Source of the DNA: Bryobacterales bacterium
GTDB lineage: Bacteria; Acidobacteriota; Terriglobia; Bryobacterales; Bryobacteraceae
NCBI GenBank assembly: GCA_038319515.1
Contig: JBBQDH010000002.1
Coordinates: 3,318-67,317 of the forward strand
Direction: 5' to 3'
Length of the DNA: 64,000 nt
How positions within the stretch are numbered: position 1 is the stretch's first letter; each line of letters begins with the position of its first letter. Positions 17,883 through 28,100 of the stretch are shown one piece after another. Made by a program: the position numbers and the translations under genes. The notes below the pieces were generated by a model. That model searched no databases. It saw nothing but the letters and a program-made list of their open reading frames with translations, and was not told where the DNA came from.

Positions 17883-19151
17883 GTGGCGGCGGCGGCCATC
17901 TTCATCGCGTTTTGTGCCCTGAATTACCGGGTTTACGACGGTTTCTTTCAGGATGACGAACTCGATACACTTTCCTGGGCGCCTTTGCTGGGCTGGCACA
18001 ATTACGTGCCCGCGCTGCTGAAACCGACGTTCGATGTGGCAAATTTCCGACCGACGGGGCATTTCTACTTCACTCTGGCGGGCAAAGCCTTCGGGCTGGA
18101 CTACCCGCCGTACGTGACACCGATTTTGGCGATTCATCTGTTCAATGTGATCCTGTTGTGGCTGGTGCTGCGAAAGTTGCGAATTCCTGTGTGGAGCGCG
18201 ATGGCGGGCGTGGCGTTTTTCGCTCTGAGCGCCACGGCAATGGACGCGTATTGGAAGCCTATGTACGTTTTCGACCTGCTCTGCGCCACGTTTTGCCTCA
18301 CCAGCCTGCTTCTTTGGATGCATGGGCGGTGGGTGCTGAGCTTCGTGGCTTTCTGGCTGGCGTACAAGTCGAAAGAACTGGCGGTGATGTTGCCGCTGGT
18401 GCTGCTGGCGTATGAATTCCTGCCGGGGAAAAGGCGGTGGCTGCCGCTGCTGCCGTTCTTTGCCGCGTCGCTCTCGTTCGGGCTGCAGGGGATTTTTCTC
18501 AATCCCAACAATGACAACGACTACACGTTCCGGTTCACCTTTGCGGCGCTGCAGAAGACAGTCCCGTTCTATGCGCGGCGGCTTTTGTTCCTGCCGTTCA
18601 GTGGATTTCTTCTGTTGCCGCTTGCCTTCGTGCGGGACCGTCGGGTGTGGTTCGGGCTCGCCTCCATGGCATGCTTCCTCTTCACACTGCTGTTCCTGCC
18701 GGGGCGCCTGTTTGAGGCGTACACTTATCTGCCGCTGGCGGGTGCCGTGATTGCCGTGGCTGCCGCGGCGTCCACCGTGAATCCACGCTGGCTCGCACTG
18801 GGGATTCTGATCTGGCTGCCGTGGAATTATCGGCAACTGCACCGGGAGCAACGTTCGCAACTGGATCGCGATGATCAGGCTTTCGCGTTCGTGGACCAGC
18901 TGGACCGGTGGGCTACCAAGAACCCTGGTGTGAAGACCCTGATTTACAACGCGCCTCCGGGCGTTTACCACCACTGGGGTGTGACCGGCGCGTGGAATAT
19001 CGTGCACCACAGTAGCGGTCTGAAGGCGCTTTTCAAAGGCTGGCCGGAGGCCTCAGAAGTCAGGGCTGATGAGACGTTCGCGAACGCCACGTGGGACGCG
19101 GCCCGGCGCACGCTGACGATTCAGATAGAATCTCCCAAGCGCACCAATTAA
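17883..19151 (+). CDS. polytopic membrane protein, GT-C (PMT/ArnT)-like glycosyltransferase fold suspected
   Basis: 422 aa with about 10 hydrophobic helices. Acidic DDELD motif in the first loop after TM1. C-terminal soluble domain. GTG start, so the 5' end is uncertain. Confidence 0.6.
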   Translation: MAAAAIFIAFCALNYRVYDGFFQDDELDTLSWAPLLGWHNYVPALLKPTFDVANFRPTGHFYFTLAGKAFGLDYPPYVTPILAIHLFNVILLWLVLRKLRIPVWSAMAGVAFFALSATAMDAYWKPMYVFDLLCATFCLTSLLLWMHGRWVLSFVAFWLAYKSKELAVMLPLVLLAYEFLPGKRRWLPLLPFFAASLSFGLQGIFLNPNNDNDYTFRFTFAALQKTVPFYARRLLFLPFSGFLLLPLAFVRDRRVWFGLASMACFLFTLLFLPGRLFEAYTYLPLAGAVIAVAAAASTVNPRWLALGILIWLPWNYRQLHREQRSQLDRDDQAFAFVDQLDRWATKNPGVKTLIYNAPPGVYHHWGVTGAWNIVHHSSGLKALFKGWPEASEVRADETFANATWDAARRTLTIQIESPKRTN

Positions 19152-19160
19152 ACCGCCTCA

Positions 19161-20450
19161 ATGAAAATTCCTCATATCCGCTGGATCATCGCCGCGATGC
19201 TGTTCCTCGCCACGGCGGTGAATTATGCCGACCGGCAGGCTCTGGCCGTGGTTTCCGACCGCATCCGCCTGCAGTTTTCCATGACCGAGATCGACTACTC
19301 GCGGATTTTGGCGGGCTTCTTTCTGGCCTACGCGATCATGTACGCGGGCTCGGGTCACATTGTGGACAAGCTCGGGACTAAGAAGAGTTTTTCCCTGTTC
19401 ATCGGGGTTTGGTCACTGGCCTCCATGCTGCACGCTTTTGCCACCGGAGTCTGGTCGTTCGCGGCATGCCGGTTCCTGTTGGGGCTGAGCGAGCCGGGCA
19501 ACTGGCCCGCTGCGACGAAGGCCGTTTCCGAATGGTTTTCGCCAAAGCAGCGGGCTTTGGGCGTCGGCATTTTTAATGCGGGATCATCGGCGGGTTCGGC
19601 GCTTTCCGGACCCCTGATTTCTTTCCTCACCATTCGATACGGCTGGCAGTTCGCGTTTATTTCCGTCGCCATGTTCGGATTCGTCTGGCTGATTTTCTGG
19701 TGGATCCTCTATGATTCGCCGCACACCAACCGCTGGCTGAAACACAGCGAATACATCCAGTTCAAAGACGATGTGCTGCCGCTTGAAAAGCCAGGCACGA
19801 AGGAGGCTCCGTCCGCTCCCAGGGCTGCCTGGGGAAACATCGTGCGGCGGCCGGAGGCGGTTGCCCTGTGCCTGGCGCGCACCTTCACTGATCCGGTGAT
19901 TTACTTCGTCATCTTCTGGCTGCCTGCTTACCTGGTGAAGGAACGGCATTTCAATCAGAAGGAAATCGGGCAATACTCGTGGGTGCCGTTTGTGTTCGGG
20001 GGCATTGCCTATATGCTGGGCGGTTATTTGTCGGGCATGCTGATGCACAAGGGCTGGTCACTGCCGCGTGCGCGGAAACGAATTATGCTGCTGGGGGCGA
20101 TGTGCCTGCCCATCGCCATGCTGGCGCCCTTCGCGCCGAATGCGGGGCTGGCTATTGCGGCGATTTGCTTCATCACGTTTGGGCATGGCTTCTGGACGGC
20201 CAATCTGCAAACACTGCCGGCCGATTTGTTCCCTGGTGCGGAGGTTGGAACGGTTTCGGGCTTCAGCGGCATGGGCGGAGCGATTGGCGGCATGCTGGCG
20301 CAGCTGGGAACCGGGTATGTGGTTTCGAAGTTCTCTTACGCCCCGATTTTTTTGATTGCGGGCCTGATGCATCCGATGAGCATGGTGATTATTTTCAAAA
20401 TGCTGCCGGATTCGCAGTTTAAGTCGCATGGCCCGGTGGCCACGGCCTAA
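19161..20450 (+). CDS. MFS transporter (hexuronate/ExuT-like)
   Basis: 429 aa. RWIIAAMLFLATAVNYADRQALAVV and GHIVDKLGTKKSF are typical of the anion:cation symporter (ExuT) MFS group. 12 predicted helices. Confidence 0.85.
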   Translation: MKIPHIRWIIAAMLFLATAVNYADRQALAVVSDRIRLQFSMTEIDYSRILAGFFLAYAIMYAGSGHIVDKLGTKKSFSLFIGVWSLASMLHAFATGVWSFAACRFLLGLSEPGNWPAATKAVSEWFSPKQRALGVGIFNAGSSAGSALSGPLISFLTIRYGWQFAFISVAMFGFVWLIFWWILYDSPHTNRWLKHSEYIQFKDDVLPLEKPGTKEAPSAPRAAWGNIVRRPEAVALCLARTFTDPVIYFVIFWLPAYLVKERHFNQKEIGQYSWVPFVFGGIAYMLGGYLSGMLMHKGWSLPRARKRIMLLGAMCLPIAMLAPFAPNAGLAIAAICFITFGHGFWTANLQTLPADLFPGAEVGTVSGFSGMGGAIGGMLAQLGTGYVVSKFSYAPIFLIAGLMHPMSMVIIFKMLPDSQFKSHGPVATA

Positions 20451-21697
20451 GTAACTGAGACTGAGCTGCAGTGCAGCCGCAGGTAGCCGCGTTCGGGAGG
20501 TCCTGACGCCTGAATCACCACGGCGTCTTCCACGTAGTCGCATACGTCGAACTCTTCCAGGCCACCGTCACTCACGGCGACGGAGACCGCATACTGGCCG
20601 GCGGTGAGCGACGGCAGCACCCAATGGAAATCGACGCGGTGTATTTCGCCGGGCTGCATGGGGGCCAACGGGTAATTTTCACGGGCGGTGTTCGATCCGA
20701 ATATGGTCTCGCCCTTTGAATTGCGGACCAGAAAGCCCGCCAGCGGAGTGGCCAGCGGCGCGCAGACGCGAAAGCTGATGCGAAGCATGGAAGCCGCACC
20801 TCCCACCCACGTCATCATTGGCTCGCCCGCGGGCGTTGTCAGTTCCACACCGCAGATCTCCGCGTGGCGGTTCCCATACCGGTGAATGCCCGAAACGACG
20901 GGCCGGACTGCGGGAACTACCTCCTGTACCGCAACACTGCGCGGACGGTCCTCAACATCACTGACCTGCTCGCGCTGCACCGTGGCGCTGAGGTATCCGG
21001 CGATCACTTCATCGGCGCCGCCCACCGCGCGGACCTTGCCCTTTTCCAGCCAGATACACCGCTCGCAGAATGCCTTCACATCCCCGGTTTCATGGGATAC
21101 GAACAGGATGGTGGTGCCCCCGGCGCGCAGGTCATGAATGCGGCGCATGCAGCGCTGGCGAAACGCGATATCGCCTACGGCCAGTGCCTCGTCGACGATC
21201 AGAATTTCCGGGTCCACGTGGGCCACCACCGCGAACGCCAGGCGCAACACCATGCCTGTCGAGTACGTCCGGATCGGCTGATCGATGAAGTTGCCGATGG
21301 AGGCAAAATGTTCGATGGTTTCGAAGCGCGCGTCCACTTCTTCGGTGGAGAGGCCCAGAATGGACGCGTTCATGTACACGTTTTGGCGACCGGTGAATTC
21401 CGGGGAAAATCCGGACCCGAGTTCCAGCAGTGCTGAGAGGCGTCCGTTGACATGAGCGCTGCCGGAGGTGGGTTGCAGAATGCCCGCGATGATCTGCAGC
21501 AGCGTACTCTTGCCGGAACCATTCGCGCCGACGACGCCGAACGCCTCGCCACGTGCCACGGTGAAGCTGACGTCCTGCAGTGCCCACAGGCCCTTCTCAG
21601 GATGCGCATGGCCGGCGAAGACGTGACGAAAGCGACTCCACTGGGAGTTGCTCAGCGGATAGCTTTTCGAAACGTTCCGAACCTCAATGGCAGTCAC
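20447..21697 (-). CDS. Wzt/TagH-type polysaccharide-export ABC ATPase with C-terminal beta-sandwich (glycan-binding-like) domain
   Basis: 416 aa. Walker A GANGSGKST, signature YSTGMVLRLAFA, Walker B ILIVDEALAVGD. The ~170-aa C-terminal extension (GNRHAEICGVELT...HRVDFHWVLPSLTAGQYAVSVAVSDG) resembles Wzt C-domains. Confidence 0.8.
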   Translation of the reverse strand: MTAIEVRNVSKSYPLSNSQWSRFRHVFAGHAHPEKGLWALQDVSFTVARGEAFGVVGANGSGKSTLLQIIAGILQPTSGSAHVNGRLSALLELGSGFSPEFTGRQNVYMNASILGLSTEEVDARFETIEHFASIGNFIDQPIRTYSTGMVLRLAFAVVAHVDPEILIVDEALAVGDIAFRQRCMRRIHDLRAGGTTILFVSHETGDVKAFCERCIWLEKGKVRAVGGADEVIAGYLSATVQREQVSDVEDRPRSVAVQEVVPAVRPVVSGIHRYGNRHAEICGVELTTPAGEPMMTWVGGAASMLRISFRVCAPLATPLAGFLVRNSKGETIFGSNTARENYPLAPMQPGEIHRVDFHWVLPSLTAGQYAVSVAVSDGGLEEFDVCDYVEDAVVIQASGPPERGYLRLHCSSVSVT

Positions 21698-21701
21698 GGA
21701 T

Positions 21702-22562
21702 TTACTTTTGCGCTTTGATGACGACGCGTTCGAATTCCCAGCCGGAAGGGTTCAGCGCGCCGCGGTGAAAGCCGACCTGCTCCACCTGGGCGAAGCCGAG
21801 CTTACTGAGCATTTGCGTCAGGCAGCTGAGGTTGGGGTGCCACCATGCGACTTCGTCATCGGCTGCGTTGGCGCCCCCGATGTACATCATGGCAGGCGGT
21901 TCCTGCGGACCTTCCGGCAGTACTCCGGCGAAGACCAGCGTGCCGCGACAGAGCGCCGCGAGCGAGGCCAGCGCTTTGAGCGGGTAGAGCGTATGGATGA
22001 GAACGTCGCCGAAGAACACCAGGTCGAAGCCTTCGCGGACGCCGGTGCGTTCCAGCGTGAGGTCGTAAATAGTGGAATAGCAGCGTTCCACGCGGGAGCC
22101 AAGCCTGTCACGGCAGAAGCGGAACGGCCCTTCGAGCAGGTACCAGTAGAGGTCGCGCTCGCCGTGGCCGTGGCGGACGAACTTCTCCAGATCCAGCACG
22201 TCGGGAAAGATCATCGCTTCAATCTTGCGCAGGGAGCCATCGACGTCCTGGCCAGGGAAGCGGTCCAGATCGCGCAGGGAGGGCAGTTCCACAGACACCA
22301 CGCGTGCGCCGCGCCGTTCGAATTCAAAGGCGAAGAAACCGGTGGCAGAGCCGACATCCAGCACGGTCATGCCGGTCATGTCCTCGGGGAAACCGAAGCT
22401 TGCGATGGTCTCCCGGTAGTCGTACATGCCGGGCGTGACCAGGCCATCGCCCAGGTCCACTGTGTGATACCAGTAGTAGCGGTTGGCATCCGCCAGGCCC
22501 AGGGCCGTGGCGCGCTCTGCAAACTCGCGCGATCTTTCAAGGAAGCGTTCGGCGTGCGTCAT
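21702..22562 (-). CDS. class I SAM-dependent methyltransferase (DUF1698/CmoB-like)
   Basis: ORF 21702..22598; ATG at 22562 (MTHAERF) preferred, with alternatives at 22589 and 22598. YWYHTVDLGDGLVTPG and SAM motif VLDVGSATGFFAFEFERRGA. Confidence 0.8.
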   Translation of the reverse strand: MTHAERFLERSREFAERATALGLADANRYYWYHTVDLGDGLVTPGMYDYRETIASFGFPEDMTGMTVLDVGSATGFFAFEFERRGARVVSVELPSLRDLDRFPGQDVDGSLRKIEAMIFPDVLDLEKFVRHGHGERDLYWYLLEGPFRFCRDRLGSRVERCYSTIYDLTLERTGVREGFDLVFFGDVLIHTLYPLKALASLAALCRGTLVFAGVLPEGPQEPPAMMYIGGANAADDEVAWWHPNLSCLTQMLSKLGFAQVEQVGFHRGALNPSGWEFERVVIKAQK

Positions 22563-22579
22563 TTCTTGATTTCCAGACA

Positions 22580-23347
22580 CTATTTCCATGCCGCGCACAC
22601 CACCCGCTTACCGCGCGCATGCTGTTCGTAAGCGCCCGGGGGAGGCGTCAGGATTTCTGCGCGCGCAAACCCGGCCTGCCGCAACATAAAGAGCAGTGCC
22701 TTCGGTGACGGGCATGTGGCCATCGGGGTGACGCCTGTTTCGCGGTTCCCGGCATGGAATTCGCCGGACTCGTCCACCAGCGCGAGAATTCCTTTGTAGC
22801 TGCGGGTCCATTCCTGCGCGCCCCATTCGGTGTAGCCTTCCACTTCGTCCACCACCTGCGTTTCAATCAGACAGAGTTCACTGGTGACTGCCGCTACCTG
22901 ACGCAGGCACAACATGGGATCTTCCACGTGATAGAGCACGCCGAGGAACAGCGTGAGATTGTAGGCGCGGCCTTCGGTATGCGCCAGAGTCTCCACGCGG
23001 CCCAAATGAAACCGTATGTCGCGGAAGCCCGAAGCATCGGCCACGAACCGGGCGCGGCGCAGGTTCTCTTCGCGGGCATCCAGACCTGTAACACGCATGC
23101 CGCGGCGCGCCATGGCTACCGAGTAGAAGCCTTCATGACAACCGATATCCAGGCAATCGAGAGAGGCGGCGCGATCACCGAAATGCTCTGAAACGGCGCT
23201 TTCCACCATGGCGAGGCGGGTGTCATGGATGCCGACGACCTGCGGGGGGATGAGCGGTGTTGTCTTCAGGCCTTGGCCAAAGTCATGAGCGTAAAACCAG
23301 GGGCCGAGCTCTTTTATCCCCATGCGAATCTGTTGCGGGTCCAACAT
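22580..23347 (-). CDS. class I SAM-dependent methyltransferase (DUF1698/CmoB-like)
   Basis: 255 aa. GPWFYAHDFGQGLKTTP and SAM motif CLDIGCHEGFYSVAMARRG; LFLGVLYHVEDP. Confidence 0.8.
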   Translation of the reverse strand: MLDPQQIRMGIKELGPWFYAHDFGQGLKTTPLIPPQVVGIHDTRLAMVESAVSEHFGDRAASLDCLDIGCHEGFYSVAMARRGMRVTGLDAREENLRRARFVADASGFRDIRFHLGRVETLAHTEGRAYNLTLFLGVLYHVEDPMLCLRQVAAVTSELCLIETQVVDEVEGYTEWGAQEWTRSYKGILALVDESGEFHAGNRETGVTPMATCPSPKALLFMLRQAGFARAEILTPPPGAYEQHARGKRVVCAAWK

Positions 23348-23505
23348 TCAGAATAGACGGACCGAAGACCCGGCCGCTATTTTCTTCATGCCCGTAACGG
23401 CGGGATTCCCGTTCCCCTTGTGAAGCACCGACAGCAACCCCGACGAAACACACCCGGGAAGCGCAAAAAATGACTCACCTGATCGGCGTGAGGCATATCC
23501 GGCAT

Positions 23506-25050
23506 ATGGCCATTCGGAAACTCGTCATCGTCCTGGGCGATCAACTCGACTGTGAATCTGCGGCGTTCGATGGGTTTGACCCCGATCACGACCTGGTTTG
23601 GATGGCCGAAGTGGAGGAGGAGTCAAAGCACGTTCCCAGCCACAAGGCCAGGACTGTTTTGTTCCTTTCCGCCATGCGTCATTTTGCCCGGAATTTGACG
23701 GGCCGGGGCTGGCGGTGCGACTACATCCACCTCGACAACAAGAACAACACACAGTCGTTGTCTGGTGAATTGAAGCGCGCCCTCGACCGCCATCGGCCCG
23801 GGGCAGTGATCATGGTGCAGCCTGGGGAGTGGCGGGTGCAGCAGTCTCTGCTCGAAGTAGTTCAGGAGCAGGGGATGACGGTCGAGGTGAGGGATGACCG
23901 GCATTTCTACTGCTCAATCGATTGGTTCCGGCGCTATGCAGCGAACCGGAAACAGCTGCGGCTGGAATTTTTCTATCGCGAGATGCGACGTCTGCATGGC
24001 GTGTTGCTCGATGGTGATGCGCCGGTCGGCGGCCAATGGAATTTTGACGCGGAGAACCGGGGATCGTTTGGCAAGAAAGGTCCGGGGCTCATCCCCGCGC
24101 CCTGCTCGTTTCCGCCTGACGGGATCACACGGGACGTGATGGGTTTAGTGGATTCGCGGCTGCCTCAGAATCCCGGTCTGCTCGAAACGTTCGATTTTCC
24201 AGTAACCAGCGAGGAGGCCGAACTCGCCCTGCAAGACTTCGTTGCGCACAGGCTGGCCGACTTTGGCCAGTTTCAGGACGCGATCTGGAGCGGGGAGCCC
24301 TACCTGTTTCATTCGCGCCTGTCGGCAGCGATGAATCTTAAGTTGCTGTCCCCGCGCCGCGTGGTCAATGCCGTCGAGAAGGCGTATCGCGACGGTGCCG
24401 TGCCGCTGGCCGCAGCGGAGGGCTTTATTCGCCAGGTGCTCGGTTGGCGCGAGTACGTCCGCGGCGTCTACTGGACGGAAATGCCAGGCTACGCCGACGG
24501 TAACGCTCTCGACGCGAATGTCCCGCTTCCGGCATTCTACTGGACGGCCGAGACCCCCATGCAGTGCCTCCGCGATGCCATCGGCCAAACAATCAAACAC
24601 GGCTATGCTCACCACATCCAGCGGCTTATGGTGACGGGTCTCTATGCGCTGCTGCTCGGCGTGCGTCCCCGCGAGGTGCATGAATGGTATCTGGCTATGT
24701 ATGTCGACGCGGTGGAGTGGGTGGAACTGCCCAACGTGATCGGGATGTCGCAATTCGCCGACGGTGGTCGCATGGCGTCAAAACCATATGCCGCCACCGG
24801 GAAATATATCCAGAGGATGAGCAATTGCTGTGCTGGCTGCCAGTTCGATCCGGCGGAATCGACGGGAGAACGGGCCTGTCCGTTCACCACGCTGTATTGG
24901 GACTTCCTGCTGAGAAATCAACCGGTGCTGGCCGCTGTTCCCCGCATGGAACTGCAACTCCGCAATCTGGCGCGCCTCTCGACATCGAAACGGGAGGCCA
25001 TCGTCAACCAGGCAGCGAAACTGCGAACTCCAGACGCAGATCGCCATTGA
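23506..25050 (+). CDS. cryptochrome/photolyase family protein, FeS-BCP / (6-4) photolyase PhrB-like
   Basis: ORF 23470..25050, ATG 23506 preferred (MAIRKLVIVLGDQL). COG3046-type N-terminus. C-terminal Cys set (MSNCCAGCQF...ACPFTTLYWDF) is consistent with the 4Fe-4S cluster of bacterial FeS cryptochrome/photolyases. Confidence 0.8.
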   Translation: MAIRKLVIVLGDQLDCESAAFDGFDPDHDLVWMAEVEEESKHVPSHKARTVLFLSAMRHFARNLTGRGWRCDYIHLDNKNNTQSLSGELKRALDRHRPGAVIMVQPGEWRVQQSLLEVVQEQGMTVEVRDDRHFYCSIDWFRRYAANRKQLRLEFFYREMRRLHGVLLDGDAPVGGQWNFDAENRGSFGKKGPGLIPAPCSFPPDGITRDVMGLVDSRLPQNPGLLETFDFPVTSEEAELALQDFVAHRLADFGQFQDAIWSGEPYLFHSRLSAAMNLKLLSPRRVVNAVEKAYRDGAVPLAAAEGFIRQVLGWREYVRGVYWTEMPGYADGNALDANVPLPAFYWTAETPMQCLRDAIGQTIKHGYAHHIQRLMVTGLYALLLGVRPREVHEWYLAMYVDAVEWVELPNVIGMSQFADGGRMASKPYAATGKYIQRMSNCCAGCQFDPAESTGERACPFTTLYWDFLLRNQPVLAAVPRMELQLRNLARLSTSKREAIVNQAAKLRTPDADRH

Positions 25051-25106
25051 AAGACCGTTACAGCACTTCCTCTCTGCAACGGTCACCTTCAACCATGCGG
25101 GGCTCT

Positions 25107-28100
25107 TTAGAACCTCACCATCAGCGTCAGATTCATTAGCGGCTGGCCACCCAGTGAAGCGGTGGTCGGGTCGCTGGAAACCTTGCCGAACTGCGCAATG
25201 TTGCCGGTGCGGAAATCGACTGTTGTGGTGGGCGGGTTGAAGTTGTAGGTCTTGAAGATATTCTGCATGTCCCAACGCAGCTGCACGTTGTACTTTTCCC
25301 TGATGGTGAAGTTCTTCTGCGCAGAAGCCTGCGACCAGCGGAGCGGCAGACCGTCGATGATGTTGCGGCCCGCCGTGCCGATGCGGAAATCGCATTTGGT
25401 GCGGTCGAAGCCTGCCGGGATCACCGCCGGGCAACCGCCGGGGTAGGCGAAATTCGCCAGACCATTCTGCCCGCCGCTGAAAACAGAATTGATGTTGGCG
25501 TTCACGAAGCGGTCGCCGCCCAGGTCATACCAGCCATCGCGGATGGCGATGGGCCCGGTGACGTCCGGTCGGCCGTTGCCCGCGAAGCCAGGGTAGTAGT
25601 TATAGGGGCTGCCGGTATAGCCGAAGGTGAGCGGGTTGCCACTCTCCTGCGTCTGGATCCAGGAGAGTTCGAAGCCGCCCAGCAGCCATTTCGAGATGCC
25701 GCCGGTGGCCCATTTCTTACCGGCGCCGAAGGGAAGTTCGTAGTTCAGCACGCCAATGAAACGGTGTTTGCGGTCATACCCGGCGCGACCTTTTTCCAGC
25801 CTGCGGTTCTGGATGGGTGCCACGCCCGTGCCATCGTTGTCATTATCCTGCGAGTCGATCGCCTTGGCCAGCGTGTAGAAGGTCTGGAAATACAGACCGT
25901 CCGACATGCGCTTTTCCAGCTTGATGGTGCCTGAGTGGAAGGTGCTGTGACCGAAGTTGGAGCGGAACCGGATATCGCCAAACTGGGGGAACGGGCGATA
26001 GTTCTGGGCCGCGCCATTGACGACGTTCTGCTGCGTGGTGTTGCCCGCGAAATAGTCAACGGGGAAGGTATTCGCCTGCCACCGTTCCAGCAGGCCAACG
26101 CCACTGGACCCCTGATAGCTGAGTTCCAGAAGGTAGTTGCGGCGGAACTCATACTGCGCGCCGGCATTGAAGTTCAGCACGTAGGGATTGCGAAGATTCT
26201 TATCCCACCACTCCACGCTGCGGGAACCGTAGTTGGTGCCGACGAAGGGCGAGGTGCCGTTGGGGCGCTTGATGAAGCTCACCGGGTCCGGGCCACGGCT
26301 GATGCGATAGATCGGGGTCGGATCGCCGGTGGCTGCCTGCTGGTTGGCGATGGCGGTGTACTCATCGAACTGGCCGCGCCCCTGCGGGAATTTGATGTCC
26401 ACCGTGTTCATGCCGAAGCCGCCGCGGAGCACCATCTTCTGCAGCGGATGCCACGCAAGACCGATGCGCGGGTTGAAGTTATTGTTATCGCGATTCGCCA
26501 GGCTGGCGGGGTGAATGATGGCACCGCGGCCACCCGTCAGGTCGTCTTTGCCGGTGGGGTCGAAGCTGCTCAGCGCGCCGTATTTCGTATGGAACGGGCT
26601 TTCGTTGGAATAGCGAACGCCAAGGTTCGCGGTCAGCGTCGGAGTGATCTTCCAGTCGTCCTGCACGTAGAAGCTATGGATGTTGGAGCGTGGCAGCCAA
26701 CTGGTGAGTTCGCTGTTGAATGTGGCCTGCCGAACATAGCCGGTCAGGAAGCCCGCGAAGGTGATGCCGGTGTTCGGAACCGAGGTGCCGTTGGCCTGCA
26801 GGCCGGAAGTAACGCCGTCAAACGCGAAGCTGGAGAAGCGTGCGAAGTTGGCGGAATTCAGTTTGTAGTAGAGGATTTCATAGCCTGCTTTGATGGCGTG
26901 CGCCCCTTTCACCCAGGTAGTGTCGTTGCGGAATGAGAACGTCTCATTCACGGTTTTACTGGGCGTGGCGCCGGTGATGTTGAAGATGCCGAAGGACGGC
27001 ATCAACGCGTTGTCCACGTTCGGAATCCCCAGCTGTGTCGGCCAGTTGCCGCCATAGGATGGCACGGTCGTATCGTTGCGGCGCCGGAAATATCCTACGC
27101 GCGAATCGTTCACCAGGGTGGCACTTTTCAGCCATGTATACCCGACCGAAGAGTTGTTCTGCGTGAACGGGCTGTAATTGCCCTGGGACGCATCAAACGG
27201 CAGGCGGCTTTCCTTAATCGCAACCGGGCGGCCAAAGCCGCTTTGGTCGTTCTCCGTGAAGCTGCCGTAGATCTTGAAAGCGCTGGAAAACTGATGGTCC
27301 ATGCGCACGTTGTAATCGTTGAAGAAGGTGCGGGCGAACTCGTTGGCCAGCACGTTATTGGTGGGGCCGGAGGTGTTGAAGGAGTTCGTGGTGGGGTCCA
27401 CCCAGGGGGCAAAACTGAGCACTTTGTTGGCGACAGGATCGAAGCGGCTTAACGGGATTCTGTTGCCGGCGAACGCATCGCGCGCCCAGCTGCCATCGGC
27501 ATTCCTGCGCGTGGTGGCGGGGTCGTAGATCGCGTTCGCGTTGACGCCGGGGAAGTTGAAATCACCGCCCAGCATGCCCGCGGTGGGCACGGTGGTGAAT
27601 ACCTGCGCGACTTTCTTTTCGTGCAGGCGTTGGTAGCCGAAGAAGAAGAATGTCTTGTTCTTGCCGTTGTAGATGTGGGGCAGAATCACGGGGCCGCTGA
27701 TGTTCGAATCCGGCTGCATGAAGAAGACCGGCAGACCGTTAGGGCGACCGGGATAGGCGTCGGAAGTATGCTTCAGATCGAAGTAGCGCCGGTGCTGCAT
27801 GGAGCGTGTGCGCCCGAACCAGGAACCCATGCCGTGCAGCTCATTCGTACCGCTCTTCTTCACCACGCTGATCACGCCGCCGGCTGAGTGGCCGTATTCG
27901 GCGGGAGCGACCGTAGTGATCACATTCACTTCGGCGACCGAGTTCTGCAGAGGCTTGATAGTGCCGGTGCCCGAGCCCTGATCGTTACCGTTCACGCCGT
28001 CTTCAAAGATGCCGATGGCACCGTTCCGCTGGCCGGCCAGGTGATAGGAGCCGAGGTCGCCACCGTAGGCAAAGCCGCCGCTCGACATGCCGGGCACAAG

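Noticed and set aside
20447-20450. Convergent genes with overlapping stop codons (also 38033-38036, 47093-47096 and 55336-55346)
   Set aside because: The overlaps are real in the sequence, but they recur four times and are best explained by general genome compaction in this organism rather than by a specific regulatory device. They are mentioned only as context.
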